From assembly GCF_003018255.1 (NCBI RefSeq), contig NZ_CP027440.1: a stretch of DNA of 64,000 bases, one strand, 5' to 3'. This stretch comes from Escherichia coli (GTDB taxonomy: Bacteria > Pseudomonadota > Gammaproteobacteria > Enterobacterales > Enterobacteriaceae). Position 1 is the first letter of the stretch; every line of letters starts with the position of its first letter. Of the stretch, positions 33,989 through 46,663 are shown one piece after another. The notes beneath the pieces are model-generated. The model did no database searches. It was not told the DNA's origin and saw only the letters and a program-made list of their open reading frames with translations. The translations under genes were made by a program, and so were the position numbers.

Positions 33989-34246
33989 ATGGGCATTAAG
34001 CGAAAGTTGGTGCGGCACTATTCAGTGTATTTGTCCGAGTCCGTATCGGCCTCATCATGGGCGCAAAAACTGGTTTCTGGGCATGCTAACAAGCGGCTGG
34101 CGCGATTGCTGATTGCCTGGAAGCTGGAACAACAGCAACAGGAAAATAGCGCGGCGCTGAAATCGCAGCGGCGAATGTTCCATCACCAGATTGAACGTGG
34201 CAACCCGCGACGAACGTTCACAGGGATGGCTTTTATCGAAGGATAA
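33989..34246 (+). pseudogene. prfH: peptide chain release factor homolog fragment
   Basis: 85-aa fragment in the position of the K-12 prfH pseudogene next to ykfJ. Confidence 0.45.
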
Positions 34247-34302
34247 TGAAGGATGAAACTGCCGGAAGGCGATTAAACGCCATCCGGCAGCAAATCAAAT
34301 AA

Positions 34303-35760
34303 TTACTTCGCCGGAATTTCTTTCAGCAGTTCAGTCAGTAGTGTCCAGTAATGACCTACGCTTTCGATGTGAACTTGCTCATCCGGAGAGTGTGGACCGG
34401 TGATGGTTGGCCCGATAGAAACCATGTCCATTTCCGGATACGGTTTTTTGAACAGACCACATTCCAGGCCCGCGTGGATAATCTGGATGTTCGGCGTCTT
34501 GTTGAACAGGCGCTGATAGGTTTCACGTACCAGATGCATCACCGGAGAATTAGCGTCCGGCTGCCAGCCAGGATATGCGCCTTTCGCTTCGGTTTTCGCG
34601 CCAGCCAGTTTACCCAGCGAATCCAGCATGCTCACCACGTAGTCTTTACCGCTGTCGATCAGAGAACGGATCAGGCAGTGAATTTCTACGTTATTGTCAG
34701 TCATGGTCACCACACCGACGTTCAGGGAGGTTTCGACCACACCTTTTGCCACGTCGGAGTTGCGGATCACACCGTTCGGGGTGGCGTTCAGCAGACGAAT
34801 AAAGGTATCGCGAGATTTCGCAATCAGGGCAGCTTTATCGTTCGCAACAGAGTCCAGCAACAAGGCCAGATTTTTCTCTTTCTCTGCCAGCTCGTTTTTC
34901 AGGATCTCCTGATAGGTATTCACCAGAGATTTCAAAGCGTCGACTTTATCAGCTGCGACAGCAATGGTCGCAAAGGCTTCACGCGGGATGGCGTTACGCA
35001 GTGTGCCGCCGTTGAAATCGATAAGGCGCAGGTCCAGTTCTTCTGCATGACCCGCCAGGAAGCGCACCAGCAGTTTGTTGGCATTACCCAGGCCAACGTG
35101 GATTTCACCGCCGGAGTGACCGCCTTTCAGGCCTTTTAAGGTTAACTTGAAGGTTTCAAAGCCAGCTGGAACCGCTTCACGATCTAAATGCAGGTTGGAG
35201 GTGAAGTCGATACCTCCCGCACAACCCATGTAGATTTCACCTTCTTCTTCGGAGTCGGTGTTAATCAGAATATCAGCCTGCAACCAGTTGCTCTGTAAGC
35301 CAAAAGCACCGTCCATACCGGCTTCTTCGGTCATGGTCAGCAGCACTTCCAGCGGGCCGTGAACCACGTTTTCGTCAGCCAGAACCGCCAGTGCAGAGGC
35401 CATACCAATGCCGTTATCCGCACCCAGCGTGGTGCCGCGTGCTTTAACCCATTCGCCATCAATATAAGGCTGGATAGGATCTTTGGTGAAGTCATGCACG
35501 GTGTCGTTATTTTTTTGCGGCACCATATCGAGGTGGGCCTGCAAGACGACCGGTTTACGATTTTCCATACCTGCGGTAGCAGGTTTACGAATCAGGATAT
35601 TACCTACCTGATCGCGTTCGACATGGAAACCTTTCTCTTTTGCCCAACCAACAATGTATTCAGCGAGTTGCTCTTCATGATAGGACGGGTGAGGAATAGA
35701 ACAGATTTTGGCAAAAATATCCCACAGCGGCTGTGGAGATAATTGAGACAGTTCAGACAC
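34303..35760 (-). CDS. pepD: cytosol nonspecific dipeptidase (aminoacyl-histidine dipeptidase)
   Basis: 485 aa M20-family peptidase. Confidence 0.9.
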   Translation of the reverse strand: MSELSQLSPQPLWDIFAKICSIPHPSYHEEQLAEYIVGWAKEKGFHVERDQVGNILIRKPATAGMENRKPVVLQAHLDMVPQKNNDTVHDFTKDPIQPYIDGEWVKARGTTLGADNGIGMASALAVLADENVVHGPLEVLLTMTEEAGMDGAFGLQSNWLQADILINTDSEEEGEIYMGCAGGIDFTSNLHLDREAVPAGFETFKLTLKGLKGGHSGGEIHVGLGNANKLLVRFLAGHAEELDLRLIDFNGGTLRNAIPREAFATIAVAADKVDALKSLVNTYQEILKNELAEKEKNLALLLDSVANDKAALIAKSRDTFIRLLNATPNGVIRNSDVAKGVVETSLNVGVVTMTDNNVEIHCLIRSLIDSGKDYVVSMLDSLGKLAGAKTEAKGAYPGWQPDANSPVMHLVRETYQRLFNKTPNIQIIHAGLECGLFKKPYPEMDMVSIGPTITGPHSPDEQVHIESVGHYWTLLTELLKEIPAK

Positions 35761-36020
35761 GTTAAGTCTCCTTGTCGATCACCCGCAAAACAGTATTGCA
35801 GGTCACAGGGTTAGCAGAAAATGTTGTCAACACAAGACAGGCTTGCGAGATATGTTTGAGAATACCACTTTATCCCGCGTCAGGGAGAGGCAGTGCGTAA
35901 AAAGACGCGGACTCATGTGAAATACTGGTTTTTAGTGCGCCAGATCTCTATAATCTCGCGCAACCTATTTTCCCCTCGAACACTTTTTAAGCCGTAGATA
36001 AACAGGCTGGGACACTTCAC

Positions 36021-36479
36021 ATGAGCGAAAAATACATCGTCACCTGGGACATGTTGCAGATCCATGCACGTAAACTCGCAAGCCGACTGATGCCTTCTGA
36101 ACAATGGAAAGGCATTATTGCCGTAAGCCGTGGCGGTCTGGTACCGGGTGCGTTACTGGCGCGTGAACTGGGTATTCGTCATGTCGATACCGTTTGTATT
36201 TCCAGCTACGATCACGACAACCAGCGCGAGCTTAAAGTGCTGAAACGCGCAGAAGGCGATGGCGAAGGCTTCATCGTTATTGATGACCTGGTAGATACCG
36301 GTGGTACTGCGGTTGCGATTCGTGAAATGTATCCAAAAGCGCACTTTGTCACCATCTTCGCAAAACCGGCTGGTCGTCCGCTGGTTGATGATTATGTTGT
36401 TGATATCCCGCAAAATACCTGGATCGAACAGCCGTGGGATATGGGCGTCGTATTCGTGCCGCCAATCTCCGGTCGCTAA
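36021..36479 (+). CDS. gpt: xanthine-guanine phosphoribosyltransferase
   Basis: 152 aa, [23 protein letters not shown]... Confidence 0.95.
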   Translation: MSEKYIVTWDMLQIHARKLASRLMPSEQWKGIIAVSRGGLVPGALLARELGIRHVDTVCISSYDHDNQRELKVLKRAEGDGEGFIVIDDLVDTGGTAVAIREMYPKAHFVTIFAKPAGRPLVDDYVVDIPQNTWIEQPWDMGVVFVPPISGR

Positions 36480-36570
36480 TCTTTTCAACGCCTGGCACTG
36501 CCGGGCGTTGTTCTTTTTAACTTCAGGCGGGTTACAATAGTTTCCAGTAAGTATTCTGGAGGCTGCATCC

Positions 36571-37815
36571 ATGACACAGGCAAACCTGAGCGAAACCCTG
36601 TTCAAACCCCGCTTTAAACATCCTGAAACCTCGACGCTAGTCCGCCGCTTTAGTCACGGCGCACAACTGCCTGTGCAGTCGGCCCTTGATGGTAAAACCA
36701 TCCCTCACTGGTATCGCATGATTAACCGTCTGATGTGGATCTGGCGCGGCATTGACCCCCGTGAAATCCTCGACGTCCAGGCGCGTATTGTGATGAGCGA
36801 TGCCGAACGTACCGACGATGATTTATACGATACGGTGATTGGCTACCGCGGCGGCAACTGGATTTATGAGTGGGCTACCCAGGCGATGGTGTGGCAACAA
36901 AAAGCCTGTGCGGAAGAAGATCCGCAACTCAGCGGTCGACACTGGCTGCATGCGGCTACGTTGTACAACATTGCTGCCTATCCTCATCTGAAAGGAGATG
37001 ACCTGGCCGAGCAAGCGCAGGCTTTGTCAAACCGCGCCTATGAAGAGGCCGCTCAGCGTCTGCCGGGCACGATGCGGCAGATGGAGTTTACCGTACCCGG
37101 CGGTGCGCCCATCACCGGCTTTTTGCATATGCCGAAAGGCGATGGCCCGTTCCCGACAGTATTAATGTGTGGTGGTCTGGATGCGATGCAGACGGACTAT
37201 TACAGCCTGTATGAACGTTATTTTGCGCCGCGCGGCATTGCTATGCTGACTATTGATATGCCGTCGGTGGGCTTTTCTTCAAAATGGAAGCTCACCCAGG
37301 ACTCCAGCCTGTTGCATCAGCACGTTTTAAAGGCGCTGCCTAACGTACCGTGGGTGGATCACACTCGCGTCGCGGCCTTTGGTTTCCGTTTCGGCGCTAA
37401 CGTTGCCGTGCGTCTGGCATACCTTGAATCGCCGCGTCTGAAAGTGGTTGCCTGTCTTGGTCCGGTAGTTCATACCCTGTTGAGTGATTTTAAGTGCCAG
37501 CAACAGGTGCCGGAAATGTATCTTGACGTTCTGGCCAGTCGTTTAGGGATGCATGATGCTTCCGATGAAGCGTTGCGAGTGGAGTTGAATCGCTATTCAT
37601 TAAAAGTGCAAGGATTGCTGGGACGTCGCTGCCCAACGCCAATGTTATCAGGCTACTGGAAGAACGATCCGTTCAGCCCGGAAGAGGACTCACGCTTAAT
37701 CACGTCGTCATCTGCTGACGGTAAATTATTAGAGATCCCATTTAACCCGGTGTATCGGAATTTTGACAAAGGCCTTCAGGAAATCACAGACTGGATCGAA
37801 AAACGTTTGTGTTAA
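36571..37815 (+). CDS. frsA: esterase FrsA (fermentation/respiration switch protein)
   Basis: 414 aa alpha/beta hydrolase. Confidence 0.9.
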   Translation: MTQANLSETLFKPRFKHPETSTLVRRFSHGAQLPVQSALDGKTIPHWYRMINRLMWIWRGIDPREILDVQARIVMSDAERTDDDLYDTVIGYRGGNWIYEWATQAMVWQQKACAEEDPQLSGRHWLHAATLYNIAAYPHLKGDDLAEQAQALSNRAYEEAAQRLPGTMRQMEFTVPGGAPITGFLHMPKGDGPFPTVLMCGGLDAMQTDYYSLYERYFAPRGIAMLTIDMPSVGFSSKWKLTQDSSLLHQHVLKALPNVPWVDHTRVAAFGFRFGANVAVRLAYLESPRLKVVACLGPVVHTLLSDFKCQQQVPEMYLDVLASRLGMHDASDEALRVELNRYSLKVQGLLGRRCPTPMLSGYWKNDPFSPEEDSRLITSSSADGKLLEIPFNPVYRNFDKGLQEITDWIEKRLC

Positions 37816-38274
<459 letters not shown>

Positions 38275-38312
38275 ATGAAATGTGCCGGATGCATCACATC
38301 CGGCAATATTCA

Positions 38313-39368
38313 TTAAAACTGATACGTCATCCCAACCGCGACAATATCATCATTATTAATATTTAATTTGTTATCGCTTTCCAGTTGGTTGATTTTATAA
38401 TCAACAAACGCTGACATATTTTTGTTGAAATAATACGTAGCACCAACATCGACATAATTGACCAGATCTTCATCACCGATGCCCTCAATATCTTTCCCTT
38501 TCGATAAGACATAACCCAGCGATGGACGCAGACCAAAGTCAAACTGGTATTGAGCGACCGCTTCAAAGTTCTGCGTCTTATTGGCAAAGCCGCCAGTTAT
38601 TGGCGTCATTTTGCGTGTTTCAGAATAGAAAGTTGCCAGATAAATATTATTGGCATCGTATTTCAGACCTGTTGCCCATGCTTCTGCACGCTTGCCTGTG
38701 CCACGGCTTTGCAGGTTCTGCTCGTTGGTGCGATCAGAGTTGGTATAGGCTCCACTGATGGCGAAATCGCTGCCACCAAAGTCATATGTCAATGACGTGC
38801 CGAAGCCATCGCCGTTTTGCTTTTTAACGTCGCGGTTTTCGTTTTTCCCTTGATATTGCAGGGTTAAGTTCAGGCCATCGATAACGCCGAAGAAGTCGGT
38901 GTTCCGATACGTCGCCAGACCGCTGGCGCGTTTGGTCATAAAGTTGTCGGTCTGCGCCGAGGAGTCGCCACCAAATTCCGGGAACATATCGGTCCAGGCT
39001 TCCACGTCATACAACGCGCCCAGGTTACGACCATAATCGAAAGAACCCAAATCTTTATATTTCAACCCGGCAAAAGCGAGACGTGTTTTTTGCTGTGCAG
39101 TATCACTCTCTGCTTTATTACCGGCAAACTCTGCTTCCCAGCGACCATAACCGGTCAATTGATCGTTAATTTGTGTTTCGCCTTTAAAACCAAAACGGAT
39201 ATAACTCTGGTCGCCATCTTTACTGTCATTATCACTCATATAATGCATGGCTTTAACTTTGCCATAGACATCCAGTTTATTACCGTCTTTGTTATATATT
39301 TCTGCGGCCTGTACGGATACAGATGCCACAATGCCCATCACCACTAATGACAGAGTGCTCTTTTTCAT
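38313..39368 (-). CDS. phoE: outer membrane phosphoporin PhoE
   Basis: 351 aa from MKKSTL; signal peptide; C-terminal YQF typical of porins. Confidence 0.9.
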   Translation of the reverse strand: MKKSTLSLVVMGIVASVSVQAAEIYNKDGNKLDVYGKVKAMHYMSDNDSKDGDQSYIRFGFKGETQINDQLTGYGRWEAEFAGNKAESDTAQQKTRLAFAGLKYKDLGSFDYGRNLGALYDVEAWTDMFPEFGGDSSAQTDNFMTKRASGLATYRNTDFFGVIDGLNLTLQYQGKNENRDVKKQNGDGFGTSLTYDFGGSDFAISGAYTNSDRTNEQNLQSRGTGKRAEAWATGLKYDANNIYLATFYSETRKMTPITGGFANKTQNFEAVAQYQFDFGLRPSLGYVLSKGKDIEGIGDEDLVNYVDVGATYYFNKNMSAFVDYKINQLESDNKLNINNDDIVAVGMTYQF

Positions 39369-39447
39369 TTTCATTCCTGATTTTAATTAACGCGCGAATA
39401 TTCAGCGGGAGAGTCCCGTTGAAAACAGGAAAGTTTTTAACCTGAGA

Positions 39448-39467
39448 TTGTTAAAGATATATTACAG
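39448..39467 (-). promoter_or_regulatory. candidate Pho box upstream of phoE
   Basis: Minus-strand CTGTAATATATCTTTAACAA about 80 bp upstream of the phoE start, resembling the PhoB-binding consensus CTGTCATA-A-T-CTGTCA. Confidence 0.45.
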
Positions 39468-39656
39468 ATTAATAATATTCTTAAAATGTGGTAATTTATT
39501 AAATCTGTAATAAAAGCGTAAACAACTGCCGCTACGCTTGCTGATCCCGCGCAACAAAACGCCATGCTTTGCTCGCAGATGGTTGGCAACCGACGACAGT
39601 CCTGCTAAAACGTTCGTTTGATATCATTTTTTCCTAAAATTGAATGGCAGAGAATC

Positions 39657-40760
39657 ATGAGTGACAGCCAGACGCTGGTGGTAAAACTCGGCACCAGTGT
39701 GCTAACAGGCGGATCGCGCCGCCTGAACCGTGCCCATATCGTTGAACTTGTTCGCCAGTGCGCGCAGTTACATGCCGCCGGGCATCGGATTGTTATTGTG
39801 ACGTCGGGTGCGATTGCCGCCGGACGTGAGCACCTGGGGTACCCGGAATTGCCAGCGACTATCGCTTCAAAACAGCTGCTGGCGGCGGTAGGGCAGAGTC
39901 GACTGATTCAACTGTGGGAACAGCTGTTTTCAATTTACGGCATTCATGTCGGGCAGATGTTGCTGACCCGTGCTGATATGGAAGATCGTGAACGCTTCCT
40001 GAACGCCCGCGATACCCTGCGTGCGTTGCTCGATAACAATATCGTTCCGGTAATTAATGAGAACGATGCTGTCGCTACGGCAGAGATTAAGGTCGGTGAT
40101 AACGATAACCTTTCTGCGCTGGCGGCGATTCTGGCGGGTGCCGATAAACTGTTGCTGCTGACCGATCAAAAAGGTTTGTATACCGCTGACCCGCGCAGCA
40201 ATCCGCAGGCAGAACTGATTAAAGATGTGTACGGCATTGATGACGCACTGCGCGCGATTGCCGGTGATAGCGTTTCAGGCCTCGGAACTGGCGGTATGAG
40301 CACCAAATTGCAGGCCGCGGACGTGGCTTGCCGTGCGGGTATCGACACCATTATTGCCGCGGGCAGCAAGCCGGGCGTTATTGGTGATGTGATGGAAGGC
40401 ATTTCCGTCGGTACGCTGTTCCATGCCCAGGCGACTCCGCTTGAAAACCGTAAACGCTGGATTTTCGGTGCGCCGCCGGCGGGTGAAATCACGGTAGATG
40501 AAGGGGCAACCGCCGCCATTCTTGAACGCGGCAGCTCCCTGTTGCCGAAAGGCATTAAGAGCGTAACTGGCAATTTCTCGCGTGGTGAAGTCATCCGCAT
40601 TTGCAACCTCGAAGGTCGCGATATCGCCCACGGCGTCAGTCGTTACAACAGCGATGCATTACGCCGCATTGCCGGACACCACTCGCAAGAAATTGATGCA
40701 ATACTGGGATATGAATATGGCCCGGTTGCCGTTCACCGTGATGACATGATTACCCGTTAA
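39657..40760 (+). CDS. proB: glutamate 5-kinase
   Basis: 367 aa from [15 protein letters not shown]. Confidence 0.95.
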
Positions 40761-40771
40761 GGAGCTGGCCG

Positions 40772-42025
40772 ATGCTGGAACAAATGGGCATTGCCGCAAA
40801 GCAAGCCTCGTATAAATTAGCGCAACTCTCCAGCCGCGAAAAAAATCGTGTGCTGGAAAAAATCGCCGATGAACTGGAAGCACAAAGCGAAATCATCCTC
40901 AACGCTAACGCCCAGGATGTTGCTGACGCGCGTGCCAATGGCCTTAGCGAAGCGATGCTTGACCGTCTGGCACTGACGCCCGCACGGCTGAAAGGCATCG
41001 CCGACGATGTGCGTCAGGTGTGTAATCTCGCCGATCCGGTGGGGCAGGTAATCGATGGCGGCGTACTGGACAGTGGTCTGCGTCTGGAGCGCCGTCGCGT
41101 GCCGCTGGGGGTGATTGGCGTGATTTATGAAGCGCGCCCGAACGTGACGGTAGATGTCGCTTCGCTGTGCCTGAAAACAGGTAACGCGGTGATCCTGCGC
41201 GGCGGCAAAGAAACGTGTCGCACTAACGCTGCAACGGTGGCGGTGATTCAGGACGCCCTGAAATCCTGCAGCTTACCGGCGGGTGCCGTGCAGGCGATTG
41301 ATAATCCTGACCGCGCGCTGGTCAGTGAAATGCTGCGTATGGATAAATACATCGACATGCTGATCCCGCGCGGTGGCGCTGGCCTGCATAAACTGTGCCG
41401 CGAACAGTCGACGATCCCGGTGATCACAGGTGGTATAGGCGTATGCCATATTTACGTTGATGAAAGTGCAGAGATCGCTGAAGCCCTGAAAGTGATCGTC
41501 AACGCGAAAACTCAGCGACCGAGCACATGTAATACGGTTGAAACGTTGCTGGTGAATAAAAACATCGCCGATAGTTTCCTGCCCGCATTAAGCAAACAAA
41601 TGGCGGAAAGTGGCGTGACGTTACACGCTGATGCAGGTGCACTGGCGCAGTTGCAGACAGGCCCCGCGAAGGTGGTTGCTGTTAAAACCGAAGAGTATGA
41701 CGATGAGTTTCTGTCATTAGATTTGAACGTCAAAATCGTCAGCGATCTTGACGATGCCATCGCCCATATTCGTGAACACGGCACGCAACACTCCGATGCG
41801 ATCCTGACCCGCGATATGCGCAACGCCCAGCGTTTTGTTAACGAAGTAGATTCCTCCGCTGTTTACGTTAACGCCTCTACGCGTTTTACCGACGGCGGCC
41901 AGTTTGGACTGGGTGCGGAAGTGGCGGTAAGCACACAAAAACTCCACTCGCGTGGCCCAATGGGGCTGGAAGCACTGACCACTTACAAGTGGATCGGCAT
42001 TGGTGATTACACCATTCGTGCGTAA
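40772..42025 (+). CDS. proA: gamma-glutamyl phosphate reductase
   Basis: 417 aa immediately downstream of proB. Confidence 0.95.
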   Translation: MLEQMGIAAKQASYKLAQLSSREKNRVLEKIADELEAQSEIILNANAQDVADARANGLSEAMLDRLALTPARLKGIADDVRQVCNLADPVGQVIDGGVLDSGLRLERRRVPLGVIGVIYEARPNVTVDVASLCLKTGNAVILRGGKETCRTNAATVAVIQDALKSCSLPAGAVQAIDNPDRALVSEMLRMDKYIDMLIPRGGAGLHKLCREQSTIPVITGGIGVCHIYVDESAEIAEALKVIVNAKTQRPSTCNTVETLLVNKNIADSFLPALSKQMAESGVTLHADAGALAQLQTGPAKVVAVKTEEYDDEFLSLDLNVKIVSDLDDAIAHIREHGTQHSDAILTRDMRNAQRFVNEVDSSAVYVNASTRFTDGGQFGLGAEVAVSTQKLHSRGPMGLEALTTYKWIGIGDYTIRA

Positions 42026-42139
42026 ATAAAACCGGGTGATGCAAAAGTAGCCATTTGATTCACAAGGCCATTGACGCATCGCCCGGTTAGTTTTAACCTT
42101 GTCCACCGTGATTCACGTTCGTGAACATGTCCTTTCAGG

Positions 42140-42215
42140 GCCGATATAGCTCAGTTGGTAGAGCAGCGCATTCGTAATGCGAAGGTCGGAGGTTCGACTC
42201 CTCTTATCGGCACCA
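42140..42215 (+). tRNA. thrW: tRNA-Thr (anticodon CGU)
   Basis: 76-nt sequence GCCGATATAGCTCAGTTGGTAGAGCAGCGCATTCGTAATGCG…CACCA with cloverleaf features, anticodon loop TTCGTAA, 3' CCA. Confidence 0.9.
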
Positions 42216-42835
42216 TTTAAATCAATAAGTTACACATCACTAATACCTTCCTTATTTTTTATTGGGACAGATTTGGGACCGATGGGTTCAGGATCGAATC
42301 TATTTACCGTGCGTGTTCGGTAAGGTGATTAGGTGCGAGGTGAGCATATCGACGAACCATTTCGAGAGTTTCCCATCCGCTCATTTTTAAGTGCAAGCAG
42401 GGAAACACCGGACCAAACCAATCAGCTGTTCGAAAATGGCAAGCGGATTAATATGCCATGGCGGCTTTGAGCCGCACGCATGGGGTGTGGCAAGCCTGAT
42501 GGATGTTACTGTGCTTGTGGTGGCGTCTTTGCTGGTCTGGTTGTTGGTTAATCGCGAAAATCATTATGCCAGAGGAATACCACAGGACGTTCAGGTTTTG
42601 CATAAAAAAGCCCACCATTAAGGTGGGCAAAAGGAATGATTTATATTCTCTGAGAGAAACATTACATTTCTCCTTGTCACTTCTAACATGAAAATATGGA
42701 GAAATAATGGAGCTTATATTAATTGGCGATTAGGTAACCATGTGGTTATACAAAACAATACAGTTCTTTACATTTGCCTTGTTTTATGAATACTCCTAAA
42801 GAGGTGTATAACATAATGGTACAAGCAGGGTAGAT

Positions 42836-43450
42836 ATGAATATATTTGAACAAACTCCACCAAACCGCAGACGTTATGGTCTTGCTGCATTCATTGGGCT
42901 GATTGCTGGCGTTGTTTCCGCATTTGTTAAGTGGGGGGCAGAAGTTCCATTGCCACCACGTAGTCCGGTTGATATGTTTAATGCAGCGTGTGGTCCGGAA
43001 TCATTAATCAGGGCTGCAGGCCAAATTGATTGCTCCCGTAACTTTCTCAATCCTCCGTACATTTTTCTTCGGGATTGGTTGGGACTGACAGATCCAAATT
43101 CGGCTGTTTATACCTTCGCCGGGCATGTCTTTAACTGGGTTGGTGTAACGCACATAATCTTTTCGATAGTTTTTGCCGTTGGTTACTGTGTGGTCGCCGA
43201 AGTATTTCCGAAAATTAAACTTTGGCAGGGCTTACTGGCAGGTGCTTTAGCGCAACTTTTTGTTCATATGATTTCATTCCCTCTCATGGGACTTACGCCA
43301 CCTCTCTTTGATCTTCCGTGGTATGAGAATGTCTCTGAAATTTTTGGACATTTAGTCTGGTTCTGGTCTATTGAAATTATTCGCAGAGATTTACGAAACA
43401 GAATTACCCATGAGCCAGATCCTGAGATCCCTTTAGGCTCAAATAGATAA
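42836..43450 (+). CDS. yagU: inner membrane protein (DUF1440 family)
   Basis: 204 aa with several hydrophobic segments; position matches K-12 yagU. Confidence 0.75.
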   Translation: MNIFEQTPPNRRRYGLAAFIGLIAGVVSAFVKWGAEVPLPPRSPVDMFNAACGPESLIRAAGQIDCSRNFLNPPYIFLRDWLGLTDPNSAVYTFAGHVFNWVGVTHIIFSIVFAVGYCVVAEVFPKIKLWQGLLAGALAQLFVHMISFPLMGLTPPLFDLPWYENVSEIFGHLVWFWSIEIIRRDLRNRITHEPDPEIPLGSNR

Positions 43451-43698
43451 TGCTTTGAATGATAAAAATGGCGCAAATATAGCGCCATTTTTATAGGTTA
43501 AAAACGTTGCTTTTCATATTCTGATGCGGACAGTCAGTGATCATATCGCGCTACTTCAGGATGATGTAGATCCGGAGAACGCTACAGAAGAAGAGGCATT
43601 GTTGCTGGAAAATGGAAGAAGTTTCAGGTTTTGTTGTCCCTGAAAAACGAAGCCCCGCTATTACAGCTGGCGGGGCAATGCAATTAATTATTGTATAT

Positions 43699-44028
43699 TT
43701 ATAACGGTGTTAGCCCGTATTTAGCTCTTGCACGATTGCAAGCCTCATTGACTTCTCCGTTCTCACCAGACATGGCGAATTCTCTGCATGTGGACGATCG
43801 ATTTTCATATATCGTGCAGCAGGCATTTTTGCCCGGTGTTCCTGCAAGGGCAATACATCGGGGATTTTTCTGATTAGTACCGCTCATGCATCGGTGAAAA
43901 GGGGATATTTGTTCAGTGAGCCTGGCGGGAATGGTACCGCCAGCATCGTCAGCTTCGGCCCAGTAAAAAGAGACGCGGAAAAATGCACAACAGGCACCAC
44001 ACGTCATGCATGGATTCAGATTGCTCAT
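43699..44028 (-). CDS. ykgJ: Cys-rich ferredoxin-like protein
   Basis: 109 aa with CxxCxxCC and further Cys motifs. Confidence 0.75.
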   Translation of the reverse strand: MSNLNPCMTCGACCAFFRVSFYWAEADDAGGTIPARLTEQISPFHRCMSGTNQKNPRCIALAGTPGKNACCTIYENRSSTCREFAMSGENGEVNEACNRARAKYGLTPL

Positions 44029-44340
44029 AATTCACCAGTACAGCTATAAATCGTAAAGAGAACTGCGGTACGTCGTATGCAGGGATGTATCGCGGTTGGC
44101 TGGTGTACTTTCGATAGTGTGAGTATTGAATGATTTCCAGCCGTTACCGATTTTACGTCCTAATTAGTGAAGAAACCACTCGTTAGCAGGCCGCCTGGTA
44201 CCTTTCCGTGTCTCCTGAACACTGTGGTGTGCATATGAGAAAGCTCATCGTTACAGGTGACATTGACGATCGCTTCCACATCATTTAAACGATTTTTGAG
44301 TCTCTGAGGTGGAATTCTTCCCTCGTCCGATGGATAAGTC

Positions 44341-45051
44341 TTAGTCCGCCGAAGGGGGCTTAGCCGGACAGGAATCGCTAATCTTAATGAATTTGTCGTT
44401 ATAGACCAGATAATGATTCCCCGGCTGACGTAACTCAGGCTGATGAACCACGTCTCCCGGACGTAGATACCAGGCATCGCCTTCCTCTTCGGTCGAATCA
44501 CATCCTGGTTTAATCAGTAGCTTAAACCACGTGTTGCCGGTGTTACTTACCGTTCCGGTCACCTGATCGAAGGACCATTTAAACTGAACCTGACGTGGTC
44601 GTACTACCAGAATGGTATCCATCACCACCACCGGCTCCGTGCTGACCTCACCGCCGGTTGGGCTGCGTTTTGTCAGGTTACGAGTGGGGACCTCGCGAAA
44701 TGAGACCCGGTAGTAGCGCTCGCGGTTATCCCGTGGACCATGATAGTAAAATTTAAAATACTCGCTCTCACCAGTCTGCAACGCCAGCTGGCGGGGGGCG
44801 AAAAGTAGTTCACCATCCACCGGTCGGGTGCGCAATTCACTGCTGCCCGGGCTATCAATAGCACTGATGGCAATACGGTATATCCGCGCGCTTTTGTTGT
44901 TATTCACGACACGTTTGCTGACAAAGTCAGTCTCGGACGGCAGTGAAAAAGTCAGATTGCCGACCGAAATCGCCTGTGTCAAAGGTGCCGCCAGCATACA
45001 GACCACTGTCAGCAGGGCCTTAGTTAATGTTACGCCACGTCGCCTGAACAT
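44341..45051 (-). CDS. ecpE: E. coli common pilus chaperone EcpE
   Basis: About 236 aa from internal MFRRRG start with signal peptide; last gene of ecp operon. Confidence 0.75.
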   Translation of the reverse strand: MFRRRGVTLTKALLTVVCMLAAPLTQAISVGNLTFSLPSETDFVSKRVVNNNKSARIYRIAISAIDSPGSSELRTRPVDGELLFAPRQLALQTGESEYFKFYYHGPRDNRERYYRVSFREVPTRNLTKRSPTGGEVSTEPVVVMDTILVVRPRQVQFKWSFDQVTGTVSNTGNTWFKLLIKPGCDSTEEEGDAWYLRPGDVVHQPELRQPGNHYLVYNDKFIKISDSCPAKPPSAD

Positions 45052-46663
45052 GAATCTCTCCTGAAGCGCTGACTTCGCCAAACCAGCCGTTATCATCTAC
45101 CGTACGCAGAGAAATGGCGTTATCCATTGGAATCGAAAATTTGACTGTGGTCTTATCCATCTGCCCCACTTCGCCAGAGATATCAGTCCACGGTGTGGTC
45201 AACCACAGCGCATCGGTCATATCCCGCCAGCTATCATCGCACCCGGCATCGTAGGTTTTTGTAGCTCCGTTGCGGGTAATAAAGGAAAGCGTCGCCGGGA
45301 ACGGTACTTTCGCCTTACCGTCATCGGAGCTGAAGACACAATAGGAGCGCCCGCCAATCACCTGCGCGGGTCCGGTCACCTTGATCAGCACTTCGTCGGC
45401 AGCTGTTTTACCGCTGGTGGTTACGATATAGCCGAAATCGAGTGCCGACTCGCCGCTGCCAACATATCCCTCCCGCGACGGTGTCTGAGTATATTCATCG
45501 GAGATAATACTGATGCTGAAATCACGGGGTTTGATAATCAGCGTGTTGGAGGTAGAAAATTCATACCAGCCAGACTCCGGTGATGTGGTGTTCTGAAAGC
45601 GAAAGTTGAATAGATCTTTGGTGTTGATATCGCTGATCCCGAGGTTCACCATCTGTTTAAAGAAGTTGCTCGAGAAGAAAACATAGATCGAGTCTGCGCT
45701 CTTCATCTCGTTGAAGGTGTAGTAATAGGCAGTATTGCTCACCGGTTTCCATGAACTGCCATTCAGACTGAACTGCATATCGTACGCCCCGACGGCCGAG
45801 GCTAACGACGAGTTGGCGATCGCCGGGAATATATGGATTGAGGTGTTGCTGAGTCCGTTTGTTTGCAGGGTATAGTTAACCATCTTACAACTTAATCCTG
45901 AACGGCTGCCGATGGTTTGCGTCCGGCAGTCGGCGTTCCCTTCGCCCAGAGTCGGTACTCCGTCGCTGTTGATAAATACTTCCGCCAGCGAGTGGGTATT
46001 TATCAACCGCAGATTTGCTGCTTTCGTATGGGTGACGTTGCGAACATACCAGTTGCCGGAGGCCTGATCCTTACAGCGTGCGCCGCTGCTGGCGTCATAG
46101 TTCACAGAGGTCTGGCAGGCATTGATGGTCATTGTAAAGCTGCTGCCGACGGGCATTTGTTGCAGATACTGGTAAAACGCGTCTGACAACATGCCGTGCA
46201 TCCATTTCGCGCCGCCGCTGGTCACCGTCGCGCCATAAAATCCACTGGCGTCGGTGGTTTGCGGCAGGATAAGACTGGTGGTCATATTACACCCTGCGTA
46301 CCAGTTGATGCAGCGCAAGCCAGTTAAAGGAGATGAAACTGGTGAATTTTCCAGCCACATATCAAACTTCCAGTTGGTATAAAGGCCGGTGTTGTAACCG
46401 TTATCAATGTAGCCGAGGCTTTGCTGATAGATGGTTCCTGAACCATTGTATTTTAAACCGGTCCAGCGGTTGGCACCGGTCAGGCGCGGATCCAGCGCCC
46501 CGCCAGGAGTGACGAAAAAGTTGTCGTCTGAGTTGTTTTCGACAAACACAAACTCGCGTGCCGGAGCATCCGCCCAGGTTGTTTTGCTCACTGCCGCTCT
46601 GAGCGCGGTTGCAGGCCAGATTAGCGCAAAGATTATCATCGCTATCAGTAGGTTAACTCTCAT
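45020..46663 (-). CDS. ecpD: E. coli common pilus tip adhesin EcpD
   Basis: 547 aa with signal peptide. Confidence 0.85.
   Translation of the reverse strand: MRVNLLIAMIIFALIWPATALRAAVSKTTWADAPAREFVFVENNSDDNFFVTPGGALDPRLTGANRWTGLKYNGSGTIYQQSLGYIDNGYNTGLYTNWKFDMWLENSPVSSPLTGLRCINWYAGCNMTTSLILPQTTDASGFYGATVTSGGAKWMHGMLSDAFYQYLQQMPVGSSFTMTINACQTSVNYDASSGARCKDQASGNWYVRNVTHTKAANLRLINTHSLAEVFINSDGVPTLGEGNADCRTQTIGSRSGLSCKMVNYTLQTNGLSNTSIHIFPAIANSSLASAVGAYDMQFSLNGSSWKPVSNTAYYYTFNEMKSADSIYVFFSSNFFKQMVNLGISDINTKDLFNFRFQNTTSPESGWYEFSTSNTLIIKPRDFSISIISDEYTQTPSREGYVGSGESALDFGYIVTTSGKTAADEVLIKVTGPAQVIGGRSYCVFSSDDGKAKVPFPATLSFITRNGATKTYDAGCDDSWRDMTDALWLTTPWTDISGEVGQMDKTTVKFSIPMDNAISLRTVDDNGWFGEVSASGEIHVQATWRNIN

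Noticed and set aside
34351-35742. Plus-strand ORFs (262 and 127 aa) antisense to pepD
   Set aside because: Embedded in a conserved gene on the other strand; no RBS; translations low complexity.
42216-42835. Possible prophage or integrase at the thrW tRNA
   Set aside because: No integrase-like ORF or phage gene; the spacer is only about 620 bp before conserved yagU.
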